A stretch of 57,364 nucleotides of DNA, counting the filler, from Sphacelaria rigidula (lineage: Eukaryota), in the NCBI GenBank assembly GCA_964200075.2. It is 6 parts of 6 records of this genome, joined end to end, with 100 filler letters (N's around TTAATTAATTAA, not from the genome) between each part and the next. Parts side by side here need not be neighbours in the genome. Positions count along the whole stretch, not along the records: positions 9,580 to 19,058 come from CAXNAA020008400.1; positions 19,159 to 28,635 come from CAXNAA020008401.1; 4 more parts are not named here. One strand, given 5' to 3'. Positions within the stretch are counted from its first letter, which is position 1. The number at the start of each line of letters is the position of its first letter. This document shows positions 13,425 through 25,999 of the stretch, one piece after another. Made by a program: the position numbers and the translations under genes. The notes below the pieces were generated by a model that saw nothing but the letters and a program-made list of their open reading frames with translations, was not told the DNA's origin and searched no databases.

Positions 13425-15508
13425 GTGTAATACAGACCCGGTTTTGTAGTACCCCGTTTTTCACACTCCATTACTCACGTTCGTGAACTCCTTTGCTATT
13501 TGCTCCCCCGTGACGGCATCGCTCCCCGTCCTCTCCTGGACGGAGGTTATGATCCCAACGTACATGTAAAGCTTGTCGTACGTGTTGCGGGGGGACAGAG
13601 TCTCGCCGACATCGTTTAAAGCTGTTCGAAGGCATGCAGGCAGCAGCCACGGTTGACGCGGTTATCATTCTCCGATGTTCCAGACTTTTAATTCGAAAAC
13701 ATTTCCTCTCTGACACAGCTGATGGTGGGCAACAACAATATAAATCTATAAAGTCGTCTCTTTGGTATTTCATTTGTCTTTCTGTGTTCGCTCGGACGAT
13801 CCCAAGACACTTTGCGTTTGAAGGCGGACAGAGGTAAAACATTTGCCAGGCTCGTATGTTTGTCCGAGCACGGTCAGCCGGGAAACAAAAGGTCCCGTGT
13901 TTTATCGAACAGACCGTTCTTGGGCAAAAATGCAATTGTTGCAAAAATCACCTGCGGCCTCTGGAAAAAGCAGAGGTGTTTTTGAACCGTTTCAACGAGT
14001 GCAGCAATACAATCGCAGGTGTCAACAATCGCGTACGAGGCCGTTCGTTCGGCCAAAATCAAAAGCGGCCACCAGAAAAACGCGAAGGTGTCCTGCAACC
14101 ATCTTAAAGGCTGAACCACGAAATTCGGAGGTGTCTGCGTTTGGGCCGTAACCCGACGCATCTGGACCACATAGACAGTTCGTGTCAGGTTATTCTTGCC
14201 TGCCATAAGAATCGGCATGATAAGTGGCAACAGCCGAGCTGCCGATTATGTCGACAGACCGCACGATGTAAGTCCGACTGCATGTTACTTCAGAACTGTG
14301 GCATTGGAATCTGCTATGTTTTGTTTTCGATTGGAATCTGAGAATTGAACGAAAGGTCTGAAACAAATGCGCCTAAACACATCCCGTCGATCACGATCGG
14401 CCACTGCCCCCCCCCCCATCCCCCCGCCGCCAATTCTTCACACAGGGCTCGGAGATAAGGGTGAAGATTATGAATGGCAAAATGTTTGGACCAATCACAG
14501 CCTTGCCATGCAGAAAAATGCGAGAAGGGCCCACCTCACCGGGACTAACAAAAAAAGCGAGAAATGGAACAGATTTCTGCTTTTTGTCGGAGAAAACGGC
14601 CGTAAAACATCATCGCAGAACAAATACGAAAAGTTGGGGACTTTCGGGAAAACACCGCAGATGTTTCGCAAGTCTCGCAGATATTTCCCGCAGGGACGAC
14701 ATTGGGTGTGTGAGACGTACGAAATCTTGCTAACAAATATGTGTATGCAAAACAGCAACCAGAAACACCCAGGCGCCGAAGCAAAGATATGCGTGCCGGC
14801 ACACTCGTGTACGCGAAGTGAAGGGCCATACTGTTTTTTTAGAGCCCGAAAAAGAGAAAAGGCGCATTAAAACATTTGAGGCACCGATTTCCTCTTTTTA
14901 GGGGCTGGAAAAGAAATAAGGCACACACAAAAAAAGGCGCAAAAAAATAACAAAAATGTGCCGAAAACGAAAAAAAAGAGGCGAACAGCATGCCAACAGT
15001 ACCCGAAAAACACGAGGGGAAGTAGTCAAGGATCCAAAGTCTACACCTCAGGCACACGCGAACCGTCGCTTGAATCATAGACCCGCGGACGAGCCGTGTG
15101 AGGGGCCGAGCCTCAATTTCTGGCGCTAAATTAGTGTGCAGCCACAACAACCCCCCCCCCCCCCAATGAGTGCTTCGTCCCGAAAGGGATGCGTGGTCAA
15201 TGGTCAAACGACTAAGGCAAGCAACAGATGAGAACGCCCCCCCCCCCTCCCCAATGAGACCAGTCGTGACATCCTGGCCGGGACAGGCGGAGGACGAGGT
15301 TCTCATCCTGATGCACAGCGTACACACGTAACCCCGACACGTTTTTTCGTACATACTTGAGTCGGATGACCCAATCATTATGTTGGCATTTTTTAAACAC
15401 TAGGCCGTGCGACAATTTGTTTTCTTGCATCAGATAGTTCGGTGCTCTCGAAACGATTGCGGAGGCACGTGGCTACAGAAAATACCATCGGTCAATATCG
15501 TGACTCAC

Positions 15509-16506
15509 CGTCGCCGAGAATGCGCATGACCTCTGGCCCAATTCGTGGTACACCCGACACGGCACGCAGTGTATTGCTCGAAATTTGATCTCGCCGCGGA
15601 CATCCGATGATTTCCGTCCAAGACGCGAAAATCACACGTCGAGAGAAACTCCGGCGTTATTCGTCCATCCTCCGGGACACCTTTATGCGGCATCACTATG
15701 GCTGGCGGATAGTGCGTGAGCCACCCCTTTGATTTCAACGAAGTGATTACCTTCTCCACGCCACGAGGGTTCAGTTCGCGAGTGAAGGACGTCACGGTGA
15801 TTTGAGATAACCTTATCGGAAACGTACCTACGTAGTGGCTGGTGAGAAGGTCTTCCATGTTCCGCTGTACTGGCGCTACTGTCCCTGACGACTGACTTCT
15901 GACATCAGGGGAATCCATTCGCCTGAAACAACGGTAGCCTACTGCTTGACTGCAGTGGTATGCAGGCCGCAGGCGGCAGTGCAGTGGGTTGTGTTAGGCA
16001 GGGGGCTGGTGGGGCGGGGGGTGTAGAACAAGGGACGTCCAGAACATTATAATATCACCGGTAGTTGCAGATCACGATCGGGACACGTTACCCACCTCAC
16101 CCACGACGCCACCTCCACTGGGAACGTGGCAACGTATCTGGGTCATATCAGTATCGCATGAGTACTAGTAAGCCGTATTCTTCGATAATATCGTACTTGT
16201 TGACTAGTACGACGGCGTGTTTCTTACGGGCTTCACTTTCGGTGGAATGATGACTCATTTGCAGTGTGTCAACTGCCATACCACCGAAACAATCATACCA
16301 GGCAGGCAGGTGAAAAGACCTAATGATTCCGATATTTGTCGACATGTGTCCCATTCTCTGATCGCGCTTCGGGTGCACATGGTCATTTGCACACAGGACC
16401 ACAGGATATTTGTCCCGAGATTCTGGCGATCAGGGCATGTTGATTTGAAATCCCGGAGAGATTGATCTAAACGTGGAACAACGCCAACACCTTCGTTACT
16501 GTCCAA
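15509..16506 (-). pseudogene. Spliced gene remnant with a ParB/Sulfiredoxin-fold domain
   Basis: Exon 15922-15509 encodes RELNPRGVEKVITSLKSKGW...PPAIVM...FRVLDGNHRMSAA, a ParB/Srx DG(N/H)HR motif. GT-AG intron 16100-15923 joins the upstream exon in frame (phase 2). Donor GTGAGT at 15508. Internal TGA at 16150-16148 and apparent frameshifts. Confidence 0.65.
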
Positions 16507-17249
16507 ACATCACCGCCCCGCCCGTGCTGCCATAAACGTATCGGCATCGCCCCCTCTCAAACACCCACTTACCAGAGGAATTAGTGTGGAGCGTGCGTTT
16601 ATGCCTATTACAGAGGCGGGTCGCCTCCTGTTCGCGACCTCGGTTGAGCCCGCAGAGCGGAACATCGAATCATCATGTGGGCATACCGGCGGCTTGACTC
16701 TAAAAAGATGGTAACAAGAGCAATCTCCTCTCGAGTCGATCGTTCCGGTGTCGGGTGCAGCTCTCCCCACACAGCCGAGGGCGCTGCAAGATATGCTTGC
16801 ATCGAGTTTCGAGTGCTGCTGCAGTCTACGGTGTGTTGAGCGGTTCGTTGAAGGGACGCTTGATGCTCGGAGGTTGGCGTTGGAGCAAAAGGACCTCAGT
16901 CGTGTCGTCGCACGCAAAGTAAGACTGGCTTGGGTTTGAGGGCACGTGCCGTATCAGAAACCCGGGAAGAACATGGGATCAATGCATGCTTCCGACGGCG
17001 TGGTTTGAAATCGGTTCTTCGCTCGAGCCTATGGGGTGTCGAAGAACCTCGTTGAGAACGCCAAGAAGAACCCGGGTGCTCCATCGGGGTCGTGAACCAC
17101 GTGAGTATGATCGCCAAGTTTGGGTAGATGTGTAAAGCACTATCCTTGTTTCCACCGTGACCTTTTATCATGACCGGTTCCGCTTTGTTTTTTTTTTAAA
17201 TTCAGGAGCCCAAAATTTTCGAACCAGCTGCCCGTTACGGATGTTTTCA

Positions 17250-17370
17250 AACAAGACAAAGCCTTCACGCGTAGTACCGGAGTGCAGGCAGTAGTACACA
17301 GCAGTAACACACGCACAGTAAACGAAGTTAAGCCTTCACGTGTAGTACCGTAGTGCAGGCAGTATTCAGT
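17250..17370. repeat. Short direct repeat (2 copies)
   Basis: AAGCCTTCACGYGTAGTACCGKAGTGCAGGCAGTA at ~17260 and ~17330. Confidence 0.7.
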
Positions 17371-17456
17371 AGTCATATCGTCTGTTTCTGTATCCACTGC
17401 CATGGACGTGCATCTGCATGTGACCTCGAACCCTACAGTACAGTGAAAACGGTATA

Positions 17457-17676
17457 CCGTAATTGTCGCGAGTCATCGCACACCCCCTCGACCGAATTTC
17501 AAAGCTCGACTACTCCACAACAACAAGAACATCAGTTCTGAAAAGGGTGACGCTGAAACGATCTCGTCAATAGCTGTCCTAAAACGCGTCGTTTGGTATT
17601 GGCACCCTCTTCGTCATGGAGTAATCGAGCTTTGAAATTCGGCCCGGGGTGTGTGCGTTGATTCGCATAATTACGA
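17457..17676. mobile_element. Tc1/mariner-pogo-type MITE
   Basis: Imperfect ~60-bp TIRs starting CCGTAATT, with core CCGAATTTCAAAGCTCGA / TCGAGCTTTGAAATTCGG. TA on both flanks. Confidence 0.75.
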
Positions 17677-18046
17677 TAGTGCTGTACTGTATCGGCAAAG
17701 CACAGCTACCTACTGTGCTCGCGAGTGCAGACCGTGCTTGTTACCTGACAGAGTACAGCCTGTACTCGGACATGGAGTAGTACAAGATAACGAGCACAGG
17801 TTACAACTGTGCCGTGTTTGCGAAGCATAGCCTATACTTGTAATGTCTTACTGTTCGCAAAACCCACGGCCTGTAGTGTGAATACTATGTATTGTACCCG
17901 TCACCTCGAGAAAACAAAATCTCATCGACGGTACCACCGGATGATGGAAGATAAAAGTGGGTGTTTTCCGTCGTGCTCAACATTGACTCGTGCTGGCTGG
18001 ACTTCGATACTCCGTCGGTACCCTTTGCGTTTGTCTCTGTTGTATG

Positions 18047-18097
18047 CCGGTCACCCCGGTGGCTCAGTTGGTAACCTCGAAACCTTCTGACGGTTGA
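18047..18097 (+). mobile_element. SINE head fragment
   Basis: GCCGGTCACCCCGGTGGCTCAGTTGGTAACCTCGAAACCTTCTGACGG matches the head of the 6.6-kb SINE. Confidence 0.8.
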
Positions 18098-18104
18098 GCA
18101 GCTG

Positions 18105-18390
18105 ATTGAAAAAATGAAGGCTCCGACTGCTGCCGAGATAGCCCCCCCCCGAACCGGCCAAAAACGTGCACGGGGGCGATGATCATAATTGCCGTTAGAG
18201 CTGATTTCGTGCTGCACGACGCGACTCATTTGGGCGTTGTATCGGATTTCGGACTGCTCCACGCCTCTCATGATGGCGAAATCGCTGCAAACGAGCCCAA
18301 TAGTGAGATCGCAGCCGGTTTGTCGGACGGTTTCCGGTGCACTTTTTGTGGGGGGCTATCTCGGCATTAGTCCTCCCGAATTAAAAAAAC
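18105..18390. mobile_element. MITE-like inverted-repeat element
   Basis: TGCCGAGATAGCCCCCC (18131) ... GGGGGGCTATCTCGGCA (~18366). Confidence 0.55.
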
Positions 18391-19058
18391 AACGCGGGAT
18401 CGGTCATGATGAAGGGTCACGGTGGAAATAAGGATCCGCCTTTATAGGTGGATATACTTCTTGCGCTCAAAACTGGTCAAGGACTTTCCTGTACTGTTGT
18501 CTATGCATATGTCCTACATTCACATGGTCATAGAAAGAGGCGTGTGATATTATGGCGAAATAATGGTTCTGAATTTCGAACATGGCATGGTCCAACCCAG
18601 TCTACATGCGGTTTTATATGCGACATAGACCCGTAGAACACCTCTGGGGGAAAATTTATTGCTCAACTGGGTTTCTCACCGTGGTGCACCCGGAAGACCC
18701 TATTCGTGAGATTCAGAGGGTAGTATCAGATTCGGAGTGGATGCTCTAGCGTTCCCAACACGATTATTTTTCTTGCTTGAGCATACGTGCTGTGCATGCG
18801 GCTACCATACAGTACCCCATTCGAGGATTCCGGCAGTCTAGTTGGTGAGATACCGCACGAAGCATGTTTACGCCTGGGGGGTATTTCGGAACTGAAACTG
18901 TTCCAGGCACTCATCGGTTTTTCCTGAAAGAGGGGATCTTTTTTTGCAATAGACTGACTGCGTAGTTGCGATCAAGTGATGTGTCAAAAATGATCGTGTA
19001 GGTGACAGCTTTCATTGAAGCCACCGCTTCACCAGCTGAGCGCATTACTCCTCGAACT

Positions 19059-19158
19059 NNNNNNNNNNNNNNNNNNNNNNNNNNNNNNNNNNNNNNNNNN
19101 NNTTAATTAATTAANNNNNNNNNNNNNNNNNNNNNNNNNNNNNNNNNNNNNNNNNNNN
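19059..19158. other. Artificial contig-joining spacer
   Basis: 100-nt N/TTAATTAATTAA/N. Confidence 0.98.
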
Positions 19159-19930
19159 CCGAAAATAACAAATCGAAGGGGACTCTCAGATTGCTCATCC
19201 AAAAACACAAATTACGTGACAGCAGGGCCCGAGAAGCCAAAGCGCCACCTTTGCGCTTCTCCGCGTGCTCGGTGTCCAGCGCTGTAGGGAGAAAATATTG
19301 AAAAAGCGATCACATGAGCTAGCTCGTGATCCGGATCAGTACACTAATAAGAAGTAATATTTAGGTAGCTCATGAGCTGTCCGACGTGTACAATTTTTCT
19401 GCAAGATTCGCACCAGTGATAAAAATTGCTCAATGGCTCAATTGCTCAATGGCTCGGCGATAAAAATTTAGAACAACTATTATTTATCCAAGTCTTGGCT
19501 CGGCGCTTTTTTTTCCACCGAGTGTTCGTTCACGGAGTTATTTGAAACGAAATTATGTTTCATCTACTCTGGGGGGTGAGCGAGCGAGCGGCGTATCCTG
19601 AAATTTTTGAAGTGAGACTTTTGCTTCACCCCTGTTTATTTTTTCTTTTTGCAAGCGAGATGAAATGCTGACCCATTTTCCAACTTTTGATCAGTCGATA
19701 TATTTCACACGTCGGGCAGATCATGATCCGTCTGAAAATCCCTTCTTCTCAGTACACTGATCCGGATCATCTGACCCCACTTTTCCGTGTTTGTTCCTTA
19801 CCGTGCCGGACGCCGAGCACGCCGAGTAGCGCAAAGGTTGTGCTTTGGTTTTTCTGACTCCGTGGTCACATATTTTTTGTTTTTGGACCAACGTATTCGA
19901 GACTCTGCCTCGATTCGTTGTTTTAGACAG
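19159..19930. mobile_element. Foldback element with long diverged TIRs
   Basis: 19159-19355 is an imperfect reverse complement of 19740-19930 (CCTTTGCGCTTCTCCGCGTGCTCGGTGTCC vs GGACGCCGAGCACGCCGAGTAGCGCAAAGG; shared TGATCCGGATCA). Confidence 0.7.
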
Positions 19931-20336
19931 ATCATGATAAGTCCAACGTGTGATGTATTTTATACTGTCATGCCAAGAAAAGAGCTGCGGAAGTTATAAA
20001 ATGACGTGTGATTCGTCTCACGGTAGTTGATACCGGATTCGGAGAGTCTCCCTTGCTTTGGCCCGTTCTTCAAATCTTGAAACTTTTTCAAATCCGTGGC
20101 AACTCGAAGTGTATGACCGTATTATTGAGTCTGCGGTGCGGTGCGGTGCGGTGCCATAGTCCATTATCCTTCCATCGCGTGAGGTATATACGCCATATAC
20201 GATCAACACATGGATAAATAAATCACGCCGTTCCTACTCTTGCACGAGGCGCAAGCAAAGCAGCTAGGAAAAGTGCACCACACACTACACTATACTCTCG
20301 CAAACGAATAGAGGGGGAAAAAAAAAAAAAGCTTAC

Positions 20337-23241
20337 CGTCCTCAACCATGTACTGCTCGTCGTACTCCGCATCGTCCTCTTCCCGCTCTCCCGCTTTCTC
20401 AGAACCATCGGTCGTCGACACATCACCGAAGCCCTCCGGCCTATCAGATGCACTGTTAACAATCTCCAGGTCCGCCGTGCCCAAAAACCGTTTCGCCGCC
20501 GCGGTATCATCTGTCCGGTCCCCAGACGAGGTCGCCACAGCTGCACCCGCCGCCCGCGCGTCGCCGACGGCCGAAGAGGTGGCGGCATCAGGAGGTGTGG
20601 GAGCAGTAAAAAGTCCGTTCTCCTTAGTGGTAGCGGTACTGGCAACATTAGGGACTGCCCCAGAACACCTCGCGTGTTGATCGCCGTCACTCTGTCGCCT
20701 TATCTCCACACATGGGGCAGAAACATCCGTCGTGACATCCTCCTTCTCCGCTGCAGCAGCGGCTCGTGGTTCCATCACCACACCAGCCCTGCTCTGCGAC
20801 GGTGGCTCTTCCTGGGCCATTTCCATCGCGACTACCCCACTCCTTGTCGGCGACGCGGGTGCTTGAGTCTCACCCATGCTTTCTCCCGCGGCTCCGTTGA
20901 CAAACCCTACGGTATCAGTAATAGCGATTTTGTCGTCTGCGGCAGTGCGCTCCCCGTCCTTGCCCTTCATCGGGGCTGCCTTCACCATCTCGTCCGGAGA
21001 ACTCGTCATCGCCGCTGCCGTTTCTAGCTCTACTTCGGGCATCGTGACATCATCCACCGCCACGCTCTCCTCATTCGTTGAAACAGCACGACTCGCCGCC
21101 TCTCCACCCGCACTGGTAACAGTCGCCGCAGCAACAGTTTCCGGCACGTCTTGGGTCGTCACGACAGCCGTAACGGGGGCGACGGCGGCGGTGGACTTCA
21201 TGACTGGCGGCGGGGGCGGCGGAGCGATTACTCGCATTGCCGGCATTGGCGTCCACCCGAAGCCTCCCGCGGCCGCTATCCGCTGCATCCTGTCGAACTT
21301 CTCTTGGCTCACCGCGATAGGCGACGGTGGAGTAGGTACGACAGTAGTTTTCTTCTTTTTCCTGCTGCTATCGGCATCCTTTTTCTTCTTGCCCTCCGTC
21401 CCCGTGTTCAGCTTTTGGTCACGTCTGCCCTTCCCGCGGCCCCTTCCACGGTTCTCGCACACCTGCGGCGATCCTGCCGTTTCCACTGGCGCCGTCGCCG
21501 TCTCCGTCTCCGTCGGCGCCTTGCGCTTCTTGTTTTTTTTCTCGGAGGACGCCGGCAAGACCACATTCATCAACTCACCCGCCGCCGCCCCAATCCCGAC
21601 GCATCCCGTTCTGCCGACAGTTTCCTCCTGAGAGTTGACGTCACCATCTACTATTTTCGGTGTGTTGGGAGCCGGAGTGTTTGTAGACTTTCGCTTCTTG
21701 TTACCGCGCCTTCCCCCCGACTTGGTCGCATCCACAACAGACAGAGCATCGGTGCTTGATGCACCCTCCTCACTCTCCGCTGCCGCCCGCTTCTTGTTTT
21801 TGGCGCTTGTACGGTCGGGACCCTTTTCGAACACGGTTGGAGCAGGGTCCGCGCAGTTACCCTTGTCTCCCTGGGCGCCTGCCGACGACTTACGTCCTTT
21901 GCCCTTCTTTCCGCCTGCTGCTCCAATGTCCGATCCCGCATCTGCGATTGCGGTCCCAGCTTTTTTCGCTGCCGCCTTGGACAGCTTTTCCGTCGATGCT
22001 GCTACTCCTGATGCTCCGACGTCTTTCTTGGCCGTCTTACGCGCACTTCCTCCCGCAGCCGACACCTTGCCGTTTTCGCGCACACACGGTGTCACTCGGT
22101 CGACCAGCGCCGGAACGAGAGATTCCACCCCGCCGGAACCAGTTTCCATGCTTCCTGCATGCTTGCTGGACCCGTCTTCAGTGTCCAAACCATCCGCAAT
22201 AGCACCTGACAGTTTGCCCACCTCCGCAGCCACCGCCGCCTCGAGCTCTGCCAGCGCCTTGGCTTGCGCGACGTCCACCGACGGATTCACGGACGCAAAC
22301 GGTTGAACATCAACACTCGGGGTCGGGGGGTTTCGCGCTGCAGCACCGCCATTCGTCGGTGCTGCACCAGCGCGGCCGTTCATAACTTGTTCCGTCACTT
22401 CTGCTTCCTTCGCGTTCTTTGCCGGGGAGCTGAGGCGCTTGGCATCACCATCCGTCGCTGCTACCCCAGCCTCACCATTAACGACTTGTCCTTCCTCTAC
22501 CGCTTGTTCCACATCCTTCACCGGGGAGCTTGGGCACGTTGCGGAATAAGGGATGGACGACTTCTCGACCGATGATCGCCGTTTTCGCTGGGCAGGAGTA
22601 CCTTTCCCGACGGACTGAGCAGGGGACGCAGTTGCCCGTTTACCGCGCGCACCACGCGCCCTGTTGACCACTTTAGAGGCAGGAGACACCGCCACAGTCG
22701 CGGGTGACGCCGGCGGGGAAAAGGAGGCGCGTGCCTTCCTCCCCGGGAGTTCACGAGAAGGAGGCGTCCGCGCATATTGAGGCAGTGCTACCGGTCTTCG
22801 GCCGCGAGAAGTGGAGGCGTTTTTCCGGGCAGGTAGCGCGGGGGGCGCAGGCGGCGACGCAACTGCCGGCGTCGCCGTCGAGGCTAGACCACCTTCAGTC
22901 GTTGCCGCCGAGGGCAGAGCAGGAGAGGACCGGCGTCCCCTCTTTGCTGGCGTGGGTTTGCTATCGGACGGGGGCGTCCGCACTCCTCTTCTGATGAAGG
23001 TGTCCATGCCTTTGACTCCAGGGGGAGGGTTGTTTTTGGCTGGAATATTCTTCGTGGGAGTGTCCTTAGTTGGTGTTTTTTTCCTGCCGTTTGTTGTCGT
23101 GGACGTAGTAGAAGTGCTTATCTTGGATACGGATGCGGCCACGCCGGTACCAGTTTGTGTGTCCTTGGTGGGTTCAGGTCCATCGGGGGATTCGTTTGCG
23201 TGGACGTCTAGCTCGATCACCATGGCCGATCCGGGCGTGAC
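20337..23241 (-). CDS. Very large internal exon of a disordered, probably nuclear protein (gene A)
   Basis: About 968 open codons, rich in Ala/Ser/Thr/Pro/Lys with several NLS-like basic clusters. Acceptor CTAG|GTC at 23242/23241 and donor G|GTAAGC at 20337/20336. Confidence 0.85.
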
Positions 23242-24904
23242 CTAGTTTTTTTTCAAAACACGACACAAGATGGATCAGATCATACATTTCATGTGGTCAA
23301 TTTATATTAAACTTGGGTGCACAGCGAGCTACCTACAAGGTTTGGCCAGCACGAATCAGCAGATAAAGAGCGTGCTACAACAGCGACACCGCGATACTCT
23401 CAGTTTCTGTAATGTGTGTTTTGCTCAGTGAGCAATCTATGATCACGTAAAACCAGGTCTTGAGCCTATTTACAGCAAGTCTACTCTCAAACCAGGATAA
23501 GGGCTACCCGACCAATATGCGTCTGAGGTTATCGGCACAACTTCCTAGGCACGCACGGGGTAGACCTGTAATCACCCAGGCCACTTGTCTTGTGTTCAGG
23601 CTTGACAAACTTCAAAACTTGACGTATAAACAGCAGATCCAGTCGGCGGACGTAACTGAGGGTACGGTATTGTACACAGTACGCTCACTTGTTGTGCTGC
23701 TCCTTACTGCTGTACTGTGCTAAAGGTGCACATTTAGCAACCCCGGGTTTCAGCTTGGCGCTTCGAGGTAGCATCCGCCTCCCAGGCCTGTCCTCCCCTT
23801 GGCCCACTTTACTTACTATTTTTTACACAAGTACAATACTTTCCTCACATTTAAGTATTCTTCTGTTTTTCTTTGTCGTGTGGTTTCATGCTTAATCGCC
23901 GAGCAAAATACGTCTGAGAGGACAGGAGGCCGAGAGGGGGGGTAGTCGAAGGTCCCGATCACTTGCAGTATTGTGTGGCTTGATTATGGATTACTCATCA
24001 CTTGCGGCACAGATCGCCGAGGCTAGTGGTGTCTTTTCATCGTGCCCAACAACGGTAGAGTAGCACACCGCCCCGTGTGCACCCGCTACAGTGGTACACC
24101 ATGATTCACAATTTTGAAAGGACAGCGGACCAGGTTTGTTGTTGTCTGTTGCTGTTGATGTCCCTACATTAAAAATAGTTCGGATTTCCGCAGGGTACAT
24201 CGTACTGATTCTCTGGTACGGACGCCTTCCGTGGTGAGGTTAACTACTCAAGATGAGCTACTGTATGATGAAGTCATCTGAAACTAAAATAGGACTGGGG
24301 AAAATTCACACGAAAGTGTGGTCGAAAAGGAGTACTGCGAGGAATATACATACGAGCGCTTCGGTTCGGATCGGTTTTGGGGGGGTTGGGATACGTTAGT
24401 GGAGGGATTGTGATGGAAAGGTCTGATGGAGGGGCTTGAATGGAATGGGGGTGGGTTGTGGGGGTAGAAGGGTTGATAGTGGGGGGGTATCTGGCCACGG
24501 GCAGACGATTTACTTGGAAAAAGTGTGCACAGGAGTGTTGGGAAAAATCCTCATGCTGCTCCTCAACAAAACCTGCTTGCAAAAATTAGCCACCGACAGC
24601 GTGAGTGAACGCCGGTGCTGTGTGCCGTCGGCCTCAGCACAATTCTTCACTTCCAACTCTGCGTCGCAAACGGGGGGCACACTTCAAGAGCCATGCTCGA
24701 GTACACACAGCACTGGCCTTTATTCCTTGTGCAACAGCACAGAGCAGCCGTTCGCTGCGATGTCTCCCTCAAGAGATATTCTCCTTGGCGTTTTGAACTC
24801 ACTGTGTCGTGATCATGAATACAAGCTCTATTTCATTATTATCTCCATGACAAAGGTAATTTATTTTCATCACCAATCCGGGTAAATTCGTTCGACGCGC
24901 ATAC

Positions 24905-25240
24905 CTTGTCAGCGGTGCCGGCGGCCACATCACGTTTGCCGTCAGGAGAGATGCATCGCAGAGGGGATCTGCCTCTGTCAATTCCAGTGGCACGAACAGG
25001 TGACTTTGGCGCACTTGCTGCAGGAGAAGCATCGCGCACTACCCAAGCATCAAGGGTTCGCGCGCGCCCGCCGTCGGCGCGGCTGCTACCGCCTGTTTTC
25101 GATTTTTGTCCAGTTCCGCTAGTAGTGGCGCTGTTAGATATTGGCTGCTGCTCGCCTTTGGGAGAGGCCTTTGCCTTGCTGCTGGAGCGTCTAGCGGGGG
25201 TTGAGATGGGTTTGGACCTCCTTCTCGAAGATGCAGGCAT
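24905..25240 (-). CDS. Probable first coding exon of gene A
   Basis: ATG at 25240 (MPASSRRRSKP...AGTADK), 112 codons. Donor AAG|GTATGC is phase 0, matching the exon starting at 23241. Confidence 0.75.
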
Positions 25241-25765
25241 GATGCCGATTGTAGCAGCTAATGTGTCTGCTATCCCTTCAGTTCTCTCAACCACCCGAGA
25301 ACAGTTAGACGGATTGATCTGGGGTCTGTGGGAAGGTTGTTTGGGGCGCGAAATTCAAATTTGGGACGCGATCATGACGGTGTATAACACTCCTATGATA
25401 TGAGGCTTCCAATTCCATCATTGTCGAAAGCTAAGTGAATAAGAAGGTTACTAAATGTCCACAACATTAAAAAACATATATACAAATTATTTATGAAGTA
25501 AATGTCGTAATATTCACAGATGGGGACTTTGTCAACAAACTCGAGACCAAGAAGCACATGAAACGCAGGTGCTATATACCGTCATGTACTGTATTGTACC
25601 GCACGTAGACTATCTTGATTAAATAACTCATCACGAAGCATGGTCTTGTTTCAACAATTTGTCATTTTCGGAATAGTTTTGGACACGCAGCACTCCTCTT
25701 TAGGCTCAGCAAGCTCGGCCCTGGCAGCTGATACGCAACGACGGCAGTACTGGATCAATATAATA
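25241..25765. promoter_or_regulatory. Putative bidirectional promoter/5' UTR interval
   Basis: 525-bp AT-richer interval between two divergent ATGs. Inferred from position only. Confidence 0.45.
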
Positions 25766-25999
25766 ATGTCCTCTCTGTCGAACCCTACTGGCAGCAACTG
25801 GGCGGATGACGAAGATTATGACCCCGCTGTGGCTGAAGCTGCCCGCAAAGCAGCATCGTCCTCGGAAGAGGTAGCCCCCCCTGAGACAGGCGATGCATCT
25901 GGTGCCGCTGCTACTGTTGCACCTGTGGCCGGTGGCATGGATGAGGGTGCTGCTGCTGCGGGGGGGGTGGCTGGACCCGGGGATGAATCACGAGATGGG
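25766..25999 (+). CDS. First coding exon of gene B (N-terminal NWADDED motif)
   Basis: MSSLSNPTGSNWADDEDY...ESRDG, 78 codons, followed by GTAAGT. WAD(D/E) N-termini occur in eIF4B/eIF3g-like proteins, but identity is not established. Confidence 0.7.

Noticed and set aside
18047-18097. tRNA gene
   Set aside because: No complete cloverleaf. The same head is attached to a shared SINE body elsewhere.
20348-23245. Plus-strand ORFs
   Set aside because: Antisense shadows of the large GC-rich exon.
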